Counted from the stretch's first letter, positions 49,536 through 62,400 are shown. The stretch: 64,000 bases of DNA from Octopus bimaculoides (GCF_001194135.2 NC_068989.1:88511946-88575945); one strand, 5' to 3'. Program-made: numbers and translations. The notes: generated by a model from the sequence alone, not told the origin.

Positions 49536-52504
49536 AACAATAATAATAATAATAACCAGAAAAGTACTCGGAGAGCGCAGACCTCCGCCAAGCACCTCAT
49601 TTCCACCCATATACACACATGCTGAAAATCGCTCAATTTCCCAAACCAACGCTGGCAAAAACATAACCTCCTTGATGGGGGTTAAAAAAAAAATAACACA
49701 CCCATATGATTTTAAGAAAAAGAAACCCCTTTAAAAACAGGAATCATCTGAAGCAGTTCACAACCACCAGCATCATCATCACCATTGTCATTGCGTCCAC
49801 TTCACCCACATACTGCGCCGTCAATGTTATCCTGACGGTTACCTTGACAGTCACTTTCACCACCACAACCAGTATAACCACTGCAATACCACCATCACAC
49901 AACTAACACTATCATCCACACCACTATTACCACCATCACCTCAGCATCACACATCACACCGCTCCTGTCGCCATTATAACCACCGATACTATTTTATCCT
50001 CCTCCCATACTTATCTCAACCATCAATACTGTCTCTAAACAGCAATGCCACCATAGGTTATGTGGAAACGATGTGTTTTCAAGGGAGATAATCAAAGAAC
50101 GTAACATTGTAATACTTCATGTAAAGTAAATATAACAAATGAAAAATCCTTCAAGATTCCATAAAAATTCCCGGATCACTACCAAAATTTCATCATCTGT
50201 TCTTTGTGCCATTACCAACTTTTCCTGCAAGCTTCATCAAATACCATTCACAACTTTTTGAGTTATTCAGTCCCACTGCGTGTCACCTTGGGCAAGTGTC
50301 TTCTCCTATAGTCTCAAACTGACCAAAGCCTTCTGAGTGGATTTGGTTGGTGGAAACTGAAAGAAGCCTGTTGTGTATATATAAGTGCATATATGTTTGT
50401 GTATCTGTGTTTGCCCCCCCCCCCTCACCATTGCTTGACAACTGATGCTGTTATGTTTACATCCCTGTATCTTAGCGGTTCGGCAAAAGAGACCGATAGA
50501 ATAAGTACTAGGCTTACAAAGAATAACTCCTGGGGTCAATTTGTTCAACTAAAGGCGGTGCTCCAGCATGGGACTGAACCCGGAACCGTGTAGTTGGTAA
50601 GCAAGCTTCTTACCACACAGCTATTGCTCATAAATTTTAACAAGAAAATCTTCTGTGGATCCCCAAGGGCCGCATGGACCCTGGTTGTTGAGAACCCCTT
50701 CTAGGTGATGCCCCAGCATGGTCACAGCCAAATGACTGAAATAAGTAAAAGAACAAAAGAAAAACAATCACAAAAAAAATGAAACAAATAAAAAACAAAA
50801 GAAGATAAACCTCATTACAGTAGAAAGTGATTAATTCTATTATATTAGTTAATGTCATTTGGTTATATTGTGTTTGTTAACGATCAATATTGTGTATTTA
50901 TTTGCTGCTTAGCAATTACTGATTATTGATATACTCAACAATAAAACAATAACGATCTCTTTTATTGGACACAAAAGGGGAAACATGGCTGTGTGGTTTA
51001 GAAGCTTGCTTTGCTTCTATAGGCTTTCAAGTTCAGTCCCAATGCGGGGCACTCTGGGCAATCACCTTCAGTTGAAATCCATAGGCTAACTAATGCCTTG
51101 TGAGTGCATTTGGTAGATGGAAAATGTATATATGTGTATGTATATATATTCTTTTATTCTTTTAATTATTTCAGTCATTTGACTGCGGCCATGCTGGGGC
51201 ACTCCCTTTAGTCGAATAAATCAACCCCCAGGACTTATTCTTTGTAAGCTTAGTACTTATTCTATCAGTCACTTTTGCTGAATCGCTAAGTTACAGGGTA
51301 TGTAAACACACCAATATTGGTTGTCAAGCAATGGTGTGGGGGAAAACACAGACACACAAACATATACACACACATCATCATCATTTAATGTCCGCTTTCC
51401 ATACTGGCATGGATTGGATGGTTTGACTGAGGACTGGCAAGCCAGGAGGCTGCACCAGGAGGCTGCACCAGGCTCTAATCTGATCTGGTAAGGCTTCTAC
51501 AGCTGGATGCCCTTCCTATCGCCAACCACTCCAAAAGTGTAGTGGGTGCTTTTTACGTGCCACCAGCATGGGAGCCAGTCATGCAGCACTGGCATCAGCC
51601 ATGTTCGGATGGTGCTTTTTACGGGTTACTGGCACAGCAGCCAGTCGGGGCAGTGGCAGCTGGTATTGACCACCTTCATATGGTGCTTTTTATGTGCTAT
51701 TGGTACAGCAGCCAGTCGGAGCAGGGGGGTTGGTATCAACCATGTTCAGATGATACTTTTTACGTGTCACTGGCATGGGGAGCCAGTCTGGCAGCACTGG
51801 CAACGACCCACGCATGAATGGTGCTTACTGCGTGCCACCAGCACAGGAGCCAGCCAGGCAGCACTGGTATTGGTCACAACTACAATTTCCATTTTGTTTT
51901 CAATTCGATTGAGATTCTGAATTTCAGTTTCTGTCTAACAAATCCATTCACAAGGCTTTGGTCGGCCTGAGGCTATAGTAGAAGACGCTTGGCTGAGGTG
52001 CCATGCAATGGGACTGAACCCAGAACCATGTAGTTGATAAGCAAGCTACTTACTACACAAACACTCCTGTGCCTGTATATGGACTCCAAGCACTAGGTTG
52101 CTATTTAGTTAGATAATTTAGGAGCTAGTTATAGGTTTATTTATACAAGGGGGAGATGCAGGCTTAGCTAAGTGGAGGTGCTTGTCTCCTCCTTGTAAAC
52201 ATAAGGACACAGGTAATGTGTCAAGGGCGAGAGGAAGCAGTGCAGCTTCCTAGGTCTAACCAACAGTAGTATTATTCCCTTCATGGGACTGTCACATTAA
52301 GCTGACAGCATACAACTACTTCATTGTATCACTATTGCATAAATCTCTCTGAGAGATTTAGAAATGCATTATTTCTTAAAAAGGGTATTTAGTCCAACTT
52401 TTTGCAGTCCTGGAAGTCTGTAACAGTAGGGGTGGTCCTTTTTTTTTTATCAAGGAAAAGTTGATCTTGGGTGGATTTGAACTCAGAGCTTAGAGAGTTG
52501 TCAC

Positions 52505-52543
<39 letters not shown>

Positions 52544-53205
52544 ATTTGTTCTCACCATCCTCCTCCTCCTCCTCCTCATCATCATCATTCAATGTTCATT
52601 TTCCATGCTGGCATAGGTTGGACAGTTTGACAGGGTTTGGTGATCTGGCAGTCTACAACTGGATGCCATTCCTAATATGCCAACCACTTTTACAGAGTGT
52701 ACTGAGTGCCTTTTTTTTCTTTTTTTTTTTTTTTCTTGTGCCAACAGCACCAGTGAGGTGGCAAAGTAACTTGCAAGACAGAAAAAGAAGTGAAAAAAAA
52801 ATGGTAAGGGAAAAGCTCCTAAGCTCCTGCTCCTAAGAATTGGTGGGGAATTATTTGAGTTGAGAGGACGTGGCTTTATGCCAAGTGTCAAAAGGTTAAA
52901 GTATGACAGAGGAAAAAATATCAGTGTCTCATTACAGAGGGAGGTGGTACTTGGTTCGTACACATTATATAAGAGCGATTGGGAGCAGTTGGGAAGGTAA
53001 ATATGATAATGATAAGGTGCCAGAGCAAACTCTCAGAGTACAGGAAGGTGAGTATATAGGAACAAATAGTGTAAGGTAATGTATCCCATGCTCTAACAAC
53101 TATGCCAATTTGCTGGCTAATAAATCAAACCAAAAACAATCAGTAAGTCGTTAATAAATGAGTTAATCATCTGAACATAATTTCACATAACATTTCGTTA
53201 CATAC

Positions 53206-53428
53206 CAATTACGGTTGGCTCAAGATCAATAAACATAGCACGAGGAACAATTACAGATTTCTCCGTTTCATAAAATATCGAGTTGAAACGATTGTTTTTG
53301 TGTTCATGAAAACAGCTACATTTCATTCTGCCATCAGGCTCGACTCCATGTTCAAGACAATACAATTCCCAACAGGATTCAGCAAACTGAACACCAGCTT
53401 GTCCAATATTGATGCTCACAATTTCTCC
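53206..53428 (-). CDS. TUBA-like: Divergent alpha-tubulin, coding exon 2 (GEIVSINIGQAG...DLEPTVI; 223 nt)
   Basis: Acceptor tgtttcag|GGA, donor ATT G|gtatgt. Translation matches the alpha-tubulin N-terminus (GQAG, CWELYCLEHG, PRAxFxDLEP). Phase-1 intron at the D76-equivalent codon. Confidence 0.95.
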
Positions 53429-53716
53429 CTGAAACATCAAACAATAAAACAAAATATTATTATATATTATATATACATATTTTCATACACCCCCCCCCCA
53501 CCACACACACAAATACACACACACACACATATATATGGTTGAATGAATGAATGTCTAAAGTTAAATTTGGTTTGGTGTTTCTTTTTGTCAGCATTTTTAA
53601 CAGCTAAAATCTTTTTCAGATGGTGCTTATATATATATGTATGTATATATATACCTCTGTGTGTGTGTGTGTGTGTGTAAAATAAAGATATGATTTTCAT
53701 CATACATATTGATTGT

Positions 53717-53790
<74 letters not shown>

Positions 53791-56080
53791 CACACATACA
53801 CAAGGTATACATTTTGCTAGTTCATGGGTAGGCTGCGCTTATAGGACTCTGATGACTTGTCCATCTCATGGATGGATTGCAGATATAAAATGAAGCTGAT
53901 AGTGATGATGATGACGATGATGATGACAACGATGACAATAGTAATGGTTATATGTATATGAGTGAAAAATAATATTCCATCTGATTGCACCAAGGACATT
54001 CTAAATAGTAAATTCAAAATGTTACAAATTGGAATTATATGAGGTTGGCTCTTTTGAAACCACTCTAAGGTGAAAAATTAGATAAATTCAAAACGATTTA
54101 CTCAGCATCTGCAACAGGTTCCAAATTAACATCTCAGGATATTGTATTTTCTATTAGATGTAACTTTAAATTTTGGGATAAATATCTTACCAATCGTATT
54201 GTAAACCTAATTAAAATTTCATGTACATGAATAAGAAATCTAACCACTCTCCTACCACTTCAAAATCTAGTTAATAACATAAGCAAAAGAATCTCTAAAT
54301 TATCATTGAGTAAATAAATATTTGAATATTACAATAAAGCTATAAAGAAAAGCTGATCCATTGATAAAACCTTCAGCCATTACAATAATGTGCTAAAGAG
54401 TTACAGATTCATTGATAAGCTTCACTTTAGTCCCAAGCTCTTTGAATGTCAAACTAATCTCTGATAAGCAATTCCCAATCAACCACATGTATAGCTAATT
54501 ACTTAATAACAAAGATAAAAAGAATTATGCAATTACTTAGGTGTAATATGAAAAATATTTTACCAAAATAGCAAACTAATTATGTCGAACCTCCTCAAAC
54601 AAAATTGCACTGAAGTCAGTCTGCATACATTCATTTAATAGTATTAGCACTACTATAAAGCACTAAAGAGGATTGACTGGTAAAACTTTCAAAAGCTGCT
54701 ACAATAATCACACTTCATCTTTTTGAAGCAAAAGACAAAAAAGGGAAATGTTACAGTCTATTTGAACTAATGATAATTTTAGCATCTTTTTGGATATCCT
54801 GAGCTAACATAACAACAACGACAATAATGGTTTCTAATTTAGACACAGAGCCAGCAGTTTTGAGGGGAGGTGTTTCACCAATTCCATCAGCCCTACTATT
54901 TGACAAATAATTTGTTTTATTGATTCTGAAAGTATGGCCTTGATTGGATTTGAACTCAGGATGTTAAGATCCAGAACAAATTCTGCTAGGCATTTTCCTG
55001 ACTCTATCAATTCTACCAATCCCTACTTTCGGTCAAAACATTTAATCAGGACCCGTAAGATGCTTGTTAAGTAGTTTATTACATTGTCTCAATGAGAGGA
55101 AAACTATTTTAACCTTCAAAGTACAACAAAGCCAAAGACAAAAAGTAGAAAGAAAAACCCCAAACCATAACCTGTCTCCCAAACAATCTACAAAGCCTTA
55201 ATTGCAATAATATTGTGGAAAGTAAACAAATACCTTATAGGAATAATTTGTGTTATTTAAGGGTGAGTGGGAGCAGCAGGAAAGAAGATAGGGACAGCAG
55301 TGCTGACGAAATGCTGACATACATTGTTTCAGATTTACTCTCTCGCTGCCTAATTAAGCACCGTACTGCATACTATGAAATGTAGTTAACGGTATAACAT
55401 GCCGTGTTGCAATTTGGATTGAAGCAGTTTATTTGATCTACTAGAAATAACAGCTGAATCTCCTTTTTTTTTTTTTTTTACTCAGGTGACTTAATTAATA
55501 GATGAAATGACTGGATAAAGTAGTACAACAGAAAAGATAACGAAGGCGGCGAGCTGGCAGAATCGTTAGCATGCCGGGCAAAANNNNNNNNNNNNNNNNN
55601 NNNNNNNNNNNNNNNNNNNNNNNNNNNNNNNNNNNNNNNNNNNNNNNNNNNNNNNNNNNNNNNNNNNNNNNNNNNNNNNNNNNNNNNNNNNNNNNNNNNN
55701 NNNNNNNNNNNNNNNNNNNNNNNNNNNNNNNNNNNNNNNNNNNNNNNNNNNNNNNNNNNNNNNNNNNNNNNNNNNNNNNNNNNNNNNNNNNNNNNNNNNN
55801 NNNNNNNNNNNNNNNNNNNNNNNNNNNNNNNNNNNNNNNNNNNNNNNNNNNNNNNNNNNNNNNNNNNNNNNNNNNNNNNNNNNNNNNNNNNNNNNNNNNN
55901 NNNNNNNNNNNNNNNNNNNNNNNNNNNNNNNNNNNNNNNNNNNNNNNNNNNNNNNNNNNNNNNNNNNNNNNNNNNNNAAAAAAAAAAAAAAAAGATAAAA
56001 TAAGTAAAGAATTCTATGAAATCGTTAATTATTTTGTAGTCATGTTGTAAAAAGTAGGATTCTAAAATAACACCACTTAC

Positions 56081-56086
56081 GGTCAT
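56081..56086 (-). CDS. TUBA-like: Divergent alpha-tubulin, predicted coding exon 1 (ATG ACC = Met-Thr)
   Basis: Minus strand reads TAA CTC TTG ATG ACC|GTAAGT: in-frame stop upstream and a consensus donor in phase 0, which matches the phase-0 acceptor at 53428. Alpha-tubulin genes typically have a tiny first coding exon. I saw no other ATG+donor candidate between 53430 and 56081. Confidence 0.65.
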
Positions 56087-56126
56087 CAAGAGTTAATATC
56101 GAAACTGCTAATTAATTAATTAATTT

Positions 56127-56154
56127 CGAAACTTCTCTTCGAAACTTCACGAAA
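56127..56154. promoter_or_regulatory. Heat-shock-element-like cluster upstream of the tubulin ATG
   Basis: cGAAa cTTCa cGAAa at 56140-56154 is a perfect three-pentamer inverted nGAAn array; a two-pentamer cGAAa cTTCt lies at 56127-56136. Confidence 0.45.
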
Positions 56155-56779
56155 AAAATCAAACTTTTTATTCAAGTTTGTTCTGTCTGCGAAATCATTG
56201 TTATTCATTTCAGAAATGGCTGGGTTGTCTGTCCGACTGACAGACTGTATGACATCACAAAGATGGCAGCATTTTATGATGACAATGCTGTTTTGTTGTT
56301 TCCTTACCAACACTTTCCTCCATGAGGAAATCTCATCTGATGATGTCATTCGTCATTCTTATGACATCATCAGATAACGTTTGGTGGGTAATGACATTAT
56401 AAGCTTTCAGAATATCAAGCTCATCTTGCTTCAGACATTTTGACTGTGGCCATGCTGGGGCACCACCTTGAAGGTTTTAGTCAAACAAATCGACCGCTGG
56501 ACTTTTTTTCTTTTTAAACCTGGTATTTATTCTATTAGTCTCTTTTGCTGACCTGCTAAGTAAACACACCAACAGTGATTGTCAAGTGATGGGGGTGGGG
56601 AGAAAACACACACACAAAGACACACACATAAATATATACATATATACTATGGGCTTCTTTCAGTTTCTGTCTACCAAATCCACTCACAAGGCTTTGGTCA
56701 GCTCAAGGCTATAGTAGATCCCAGAATCATGTGATTGCGAAATAAGGATCTCACCACACAACCATGCCTGCACCTATAT

Positions 56780-56980
56780 TTTTAATTTTTTAAAATAAAT
56801 ATTTAAATTTTAAAATTTCTTTTTATTATTTTATATTTTATATTTTTAATTTTAAATTTCTTTTTTATATTTTAAATTTTAAATTTTATATTCTAAATTC
56901 TAAATTTATTTTTATATTTTATATTTGAAATAAAAAATTTTTTTTATATTTTATATTTAAAATTTGAAATTTTATATTTT
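56780..56980. repeat. Extremely AT-rich low-complexity tract
   Basis: About 200 bp of ttttaaattt/tttatattt repeats with very few G/C. Confidence 0.9.
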
Positions 56981-57590
56981 TAGGTGAGTGAAGTGTGTGA
57001 CCTAGTGGATCGGGTGTTGTGCTCATGATTGCTAGATGGTTGGTTCAATTCCCAGATTGGGTGGTGTATTGTGTTCTTGACCAAAACACTTCGTTTCACA
57101 TTGCTCTGCAGGTGGGAGAGTAGCAGAATCAGTGCATTGGCAGAAATGCTTTATGGTATATCTTCTGGCTCTCTACATTCTGAGTTCAAATCCCACCTGT
57201 CTGAAGAATGCAAAGGAAACCACTCCAGTACTCATCCCAAGTCTAGTCATGGGAGCTGAAGTTCTCATAATCAACATAATGGGCAGCAGGGTGGGGTGGG
57301 GTGGCATGGGCCCAACCTGGTTGTATAGAGAGTGCTGGAGAAGGTTCACATGCACAGGTTCTGCCCAAGGGCAGACCACTGCTGGATAGGTGCAGTCGTG
57401 GCTGCGTGGTAAGAAGTATGATTCTTGACCACATAGTTTTGTTTTCACTCCCATTGCATTCAACTTTGGGCAAGTGTCTTCTGTTATAATCCCCAGGCTG
57501 ACCAACACCTTGTGAGTGGACTTGGTAGCTAGAAACTGAAAGAAGCCCATCGTATGTGTGTGTGAATAAAAATATACATACATACATGCA

Positions 57591-57636
<46 letters not shown>

Positions 57637-57654
57637 GTTGTTATTGTCATTGCA

Positions 57655-58083
57655 AGGCGGTGAGCTGGCAGAATCGTTAGCACACTGGACGGAATGCTTA
57701 GCGGTATTTCGCCTGTCGTTATGTTCTGAGTTCAAATTCTACTGAGGTCAACTTTGCCTTTCATCCTTTTGGGGTTGATAAATTAAGTACCAGTGAAACA
57801 CTGGGGTCGATGTAATTATCTGGTCCCCTCCCCCAAAATTTCAGGCCTTGTGCATTCAGCAGAAAGGATTATTATTATCATTATTGCAAGGCAGCAAGCT
57901 GGATGGAATGCTTAGCAGTATTTCATCTATCACTACGTTCTGAGTTCAAATTCCACCGAGGTCGACTTTGCCTTTCATCCCTTTGGAATCAATAAATTAA
58001 GTACCAGTTGCATACTGAGGTTGATTTAATTGACTTGCCTTCTTCCCCACAAACTTTCAGGCCCCGTGCCTATAGTAGAAAGG

Positions 58084-58161
<78 letters not shown>

Positions 58162-58380
58162 GCAAGGCAGCAAGCTGGCAGAACCATTAGCATGCTGATT
58201 GGAAGGCTTTGTAGTATTTTGCCTGTTGCTACGTTCTGAGTTCAAATTCCACTGAAGTCAGCTTTGTCTGTCTTCCTTTTGGGGTCAATAAATTAAGTAC
58301 CAGTTGAACACTGGCGTTGATGTAATCAACTACCCCCTTCCCCAAATTTTAGACCTTGTGCCTATAGTAGAAAGGATTAT
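57655..58380 (+). mobile_element. Three head-to-tail SINE copies separated by (ATT)n/(ACT)n tails
   Basis: Heads at about 57655, 57888 and 58163, each followed by the central domain and an agaaaggattattatt tail; a two-copy tandem occurs at about 34505-34900. Confidence 0.8.
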
Positions 58381-58627
58381 TATTATTATTATTATTATTA
58401 TCATTATTATTTTAAAACAGTGTGATTTGGTCCCACACAGCTTTAAACATTTTTTATGTTATAGCAGAGAAGCTGATCTTAGTGTCTGTCTGTCACAACA
58501 TCTTTCAGATGGGGAGAAGGGGAGGAAACAAATGGGGAGTTAACTCCTGTCACAATGTATATTAAGAAGAGGGGTGGGGGGCAGAAACGTTGTTGAAAGA
58601 GAAATTCACTGAGAGAGAGAGAGTGAA

Positions 58628-58664
<37 letters not shown>

Positions 58665-58674
58665 NNNNNNNNNN

Positions 58675-58720
<46 letters not shown>

Positions 58721-59199
58721 ACCCAATATTTACATGCTATTATTTATAGTTTTATGTGTTTCAAGATCCACTATTGCAATTTATATATATGTGTGTGAGT
58801 GTTTGTATGTGTGCATATATTTGTGTGTGTGTGTATTTTTATGTGTGAGTGTGTTTGTGTCCCCTTATCACATGACAATTGTAACCAAGTGTCACTGTCA
58901 TACAAGCAACATCATTCATTTCTAACATCCTGCAAAAACACATCTGTTCATTTCTAGTCTTCCATGAAACACATGTTTGACCATGGGGAAGTATTACCTA
59001 GTTTGGAAACAGGCGAGGGTTGGTGACAGGAAGAGCATCTAGTCATAGAAAATCTTCCTTAATAAAATTCATCCAACCTATGCAAGCATAGAAAAGTGGA
59101 TGTTAAAATGATGATGATGATTTAGAATTTATTCTCTAACTCTTCAACAGATTCCACTACAGTTGATCATCAGTTATAGTTGGAATTGCATTGATATTA

Positions 59200-59541
59200 A
59201 TCATAGGTCATGACCTGAACAATAAGGTATGTTGAGGACTCACCTGAATCATAGGTCTGTTATGTAAGGACTCACCTGAATCAAACACTGGTTTATTAAG
59301 GACTCACCGGAATCATAGCTCTGTTATTACATCAGGACTCACCTGAGTCATAAGTCTTAAGCAAGGATACAATTGAATAATACATCCGTTAAGTAAGGAC
59401 TCACCTGGATCATAAGTTTAAGGTCTCACCTGAACCATAAGTCTTAAGCAAGGATTCAACTGAATCATATATCAGTTAAGTAAGAACTCACTTGAATCAT
59501 AAGTCTTAAGCAAGGACTCACATGAATCACAAGGGCTCACC
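59200..59541. repeat. Minisatellite: about 11 copies of AAGGACTCACCTGAATCATA with variable spacers
   Basis: Unit starts at about 59234, 59266, 59298, 59333, 59363, 59395, 59420, 59450, 59482, 59512, 59531. Confidence 0.9.
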
Positions 59542-61105
59542 CAAATTTAAACAACAAGACTTCACCCCCAATAACAACAAAATCCAAAATAATTTTTTTT
59601 TGCAGGTTAAAATTTTATTTCACAATAATATTTCCTTCACTTCTATTATTTTGTGTTATTTTTTAAAATCATTTTTCATTTTATTTTTACATAGATAATA
59701 ATTAGTTTTTGATTTTCAAATTTTTTTCAAGTACATTTTGTTTATATTTCATTTACTAATTAGATCATTTATTTCATTACTAATTAGATAATTTATTTCA
59801 ACACAACAAGAAAGTATATAAAAACAATATTCACATTGAACAAATGTAAACACAATGATTTTTATTAAAAAATATATTTTTTGATTTTAGTTCATATAAA
59901 AATGTCATTTTCATTGTTAAAAGAAATCAATATTATTATTATTATCATTATCAACATAAATATTGTCATATTACAACAATTCAAATATATACTGGAATAT
60001 TATATGGGCACAATGCCTGAGCTTGTCTTTTGTTTTAGAGAAAAATGAAAAACTGAGACAATCATACTTTGTCAATGACATTGGAAATGTACAGAAAGTG
60101 AATGTGTTCCAAGTGAGAATTGAAACCCAAATGTTTGAAGTTGGCAGATGAAAAGCTTTCTTAATCACCCACTTCTGGATACAGTGTACAATAAAGATAC
60201 CCTTTAACATAGCACAGAGCCAGGAGTTTGTAAGAAAGACTAGATACAGTTTATTGAGCAAAACCCAGTATATTACAGGTATTTGACTTAGTAACCATAG
60301 AAGCAAGGAAAAATGAAGTTGACCAGAAGAACAAAGTTCAATATTCTAAGAAGTGTAATTTGAAGAGGCTACCAATTCTACCAACCTGCTGACCTAATAA
60401 GGGAACCTCTAAGTGGTCAGGTAATGTGCTAGAGATAAAAAACAAATCTCACTCAAATTATACTATATTATATAAAAAAAAAGAAGAAGCAACACATAGA
60501 ATATGTAACCAAAAAACATACAAAAAGGGACAAAGCATCCAGCTGGAAGCGTTTGATCAGGTAGGGGCTAAACAACAATCCACAAGAAATCGGGGACAAA
60601 TCTCCCTCAATCCCTTAGCATACAAAAAAAGAAAATGAAGGACAAAATGGATAATGTAGCTTTAAATATATGATGTCTGAAACACAATAAATGGAAAAAT
60701 AAAAATAAAAACCTGAGACAGAATCATCCTAGAGATATGATTTCTGAATAAAAGACAGAATGGTCCTAGATTTATTATTTTTAAAAACAAGACAGGATGG
60801 TCATGTCAGAAACACTTTTCATCATAAGTTTGATAAGAGCTTAAATGGGGATAATTATAAACTAAAGCATTATAATTTTTCACAGTGATGACACCAAGTT
60901 AGAGAAGAGTACATTAATTGAATATACAACATATATATATATATTTAATATTCAATGTATATTGTATATTCATATATATGTCTATGTATGTATATATATA
61001 TGTGTGTATGTATGTATATATGCACACACACACACACATATATATATACACACACATATACATACATATATATATATACATACTTACNNNNNNNNNNTAC
61101 ATACT

Positions 61106-61177
<72 letters not shown>

Positions 61178-62100
61178 TATATATAAATACACACACACAT
61201 ATACATATATGTATATACATACATACATAGATATATTTATATATATACAATATACATTGAATATTAAATAAATATACACTGCATCACCCTGTATATGTTC
61301 TTGGTATATGCTACTGAGATAGTTATATGATTGCCGCATTCACAAAGAAGGGTCTTTGGATTCCCTTATTATTGCCCTATTCCTGATAATATTATCTGTT
61401 AATCCTCCCCTGTCCCTGTTGCTTCATCCTTGGCCCAAACTCCCTCATCTGCATTTAGGAATCTTATAGGGTTAATGGATGCCATTTTTTTTTTCACCCT
61501 TTCTCCCCATGTTTCAGAACATGAACTTATTACAAGAGAAAAATATCAACCTACGGTTTCATGACATTCAGGTTCTCAACAGTGGACACATAATACCAAC
61601 ACAACTGAAAAAATTATTAGGGATGTCAATGAACTGTGGAGCTCAAACTTAGCTTCCTGCCAACCAATACTGTGACCTGGTTTCAACTCACTCTAGCTTG
61701 CTGCATTAACATTCACAATTAATATATTTAATTATTCATTTTAAAAGAAAAGTTTCATATAACCACCCCAAAACACACACACACACAAAAAAAAGAAAGA
61801 CACCATGTTACAAAGTTTCTAGGAGAGATGTGGGGTATATTAATAGAGTTAGTATTGTATCACAAAAGGACAGGGGTAATAATGAAAATTACGATAATAA
61901 TAAAGTAATTAAATAAACTATTTGATTTAACACAGCAATCTCGGTGGTCCATAAACCATTTGATATCCAGGGTTTTTCAAAATAAAATTTTCATACACAG
62001 AAAGTTCTTGAAAAGTTTTTTGAGAAAACCATTATAACATCAAGATGTGGAATATAGTAAAAAAACAAAGCAACTATAAAATCATAAAATATGTGTGTGA

Positions 62101-62135
<35 letters not shown>

Positions 62136-62174
62136 CATATATAGATACACACATATAGAAAAAATTAAGGACAA

Positions 62175-62400
62175 TTGACCTTTTAGCATTCAGATTACCC
62201 TGTCAAATGTAATTCTTATTTGTTCTTCATTGTTTTGAATTAATCATGCATTATCTTGTAGCTTCTAAATTTCAATGATCCTGATTATTCTTAGAATGAC
62301 ATTGCAGGGTAGGTGTGAGAGGTCAGATCTGGCCAGTTTGAACATAAAACAGGTAGAATATTTTGGCTTAATGTGACTGGTTTAAATGCTAATGGGTTAA
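62175..62400. mobile_element. piggyBac-like (TTAA) MITE
   Basis: Termini ttgacc-ttttagcatt and aatgctaatgggttaa are degenerate inverted repeats ending in TTAA; a truncated copy of the same family lies at about 20310-20501. Confidence 0.65.

Noticed and set aside
59200-59541. CRISPR-like repeat-spacer appearance
   Set aside because: Eukaryotic context, degenerate repeats, spacers of only 5-15 bp that recur, and no cas genes.
59963-60306. Overlapping 62-aa (+) and 111-aa (-) ORFs
   Set aside because: No recognisable motif or convincing splice sites.
61518-61650. Possible plus-strand exon after ttctccccatgtttcag
   Set aside because: No strong donor, short frames and no recognisable protein.
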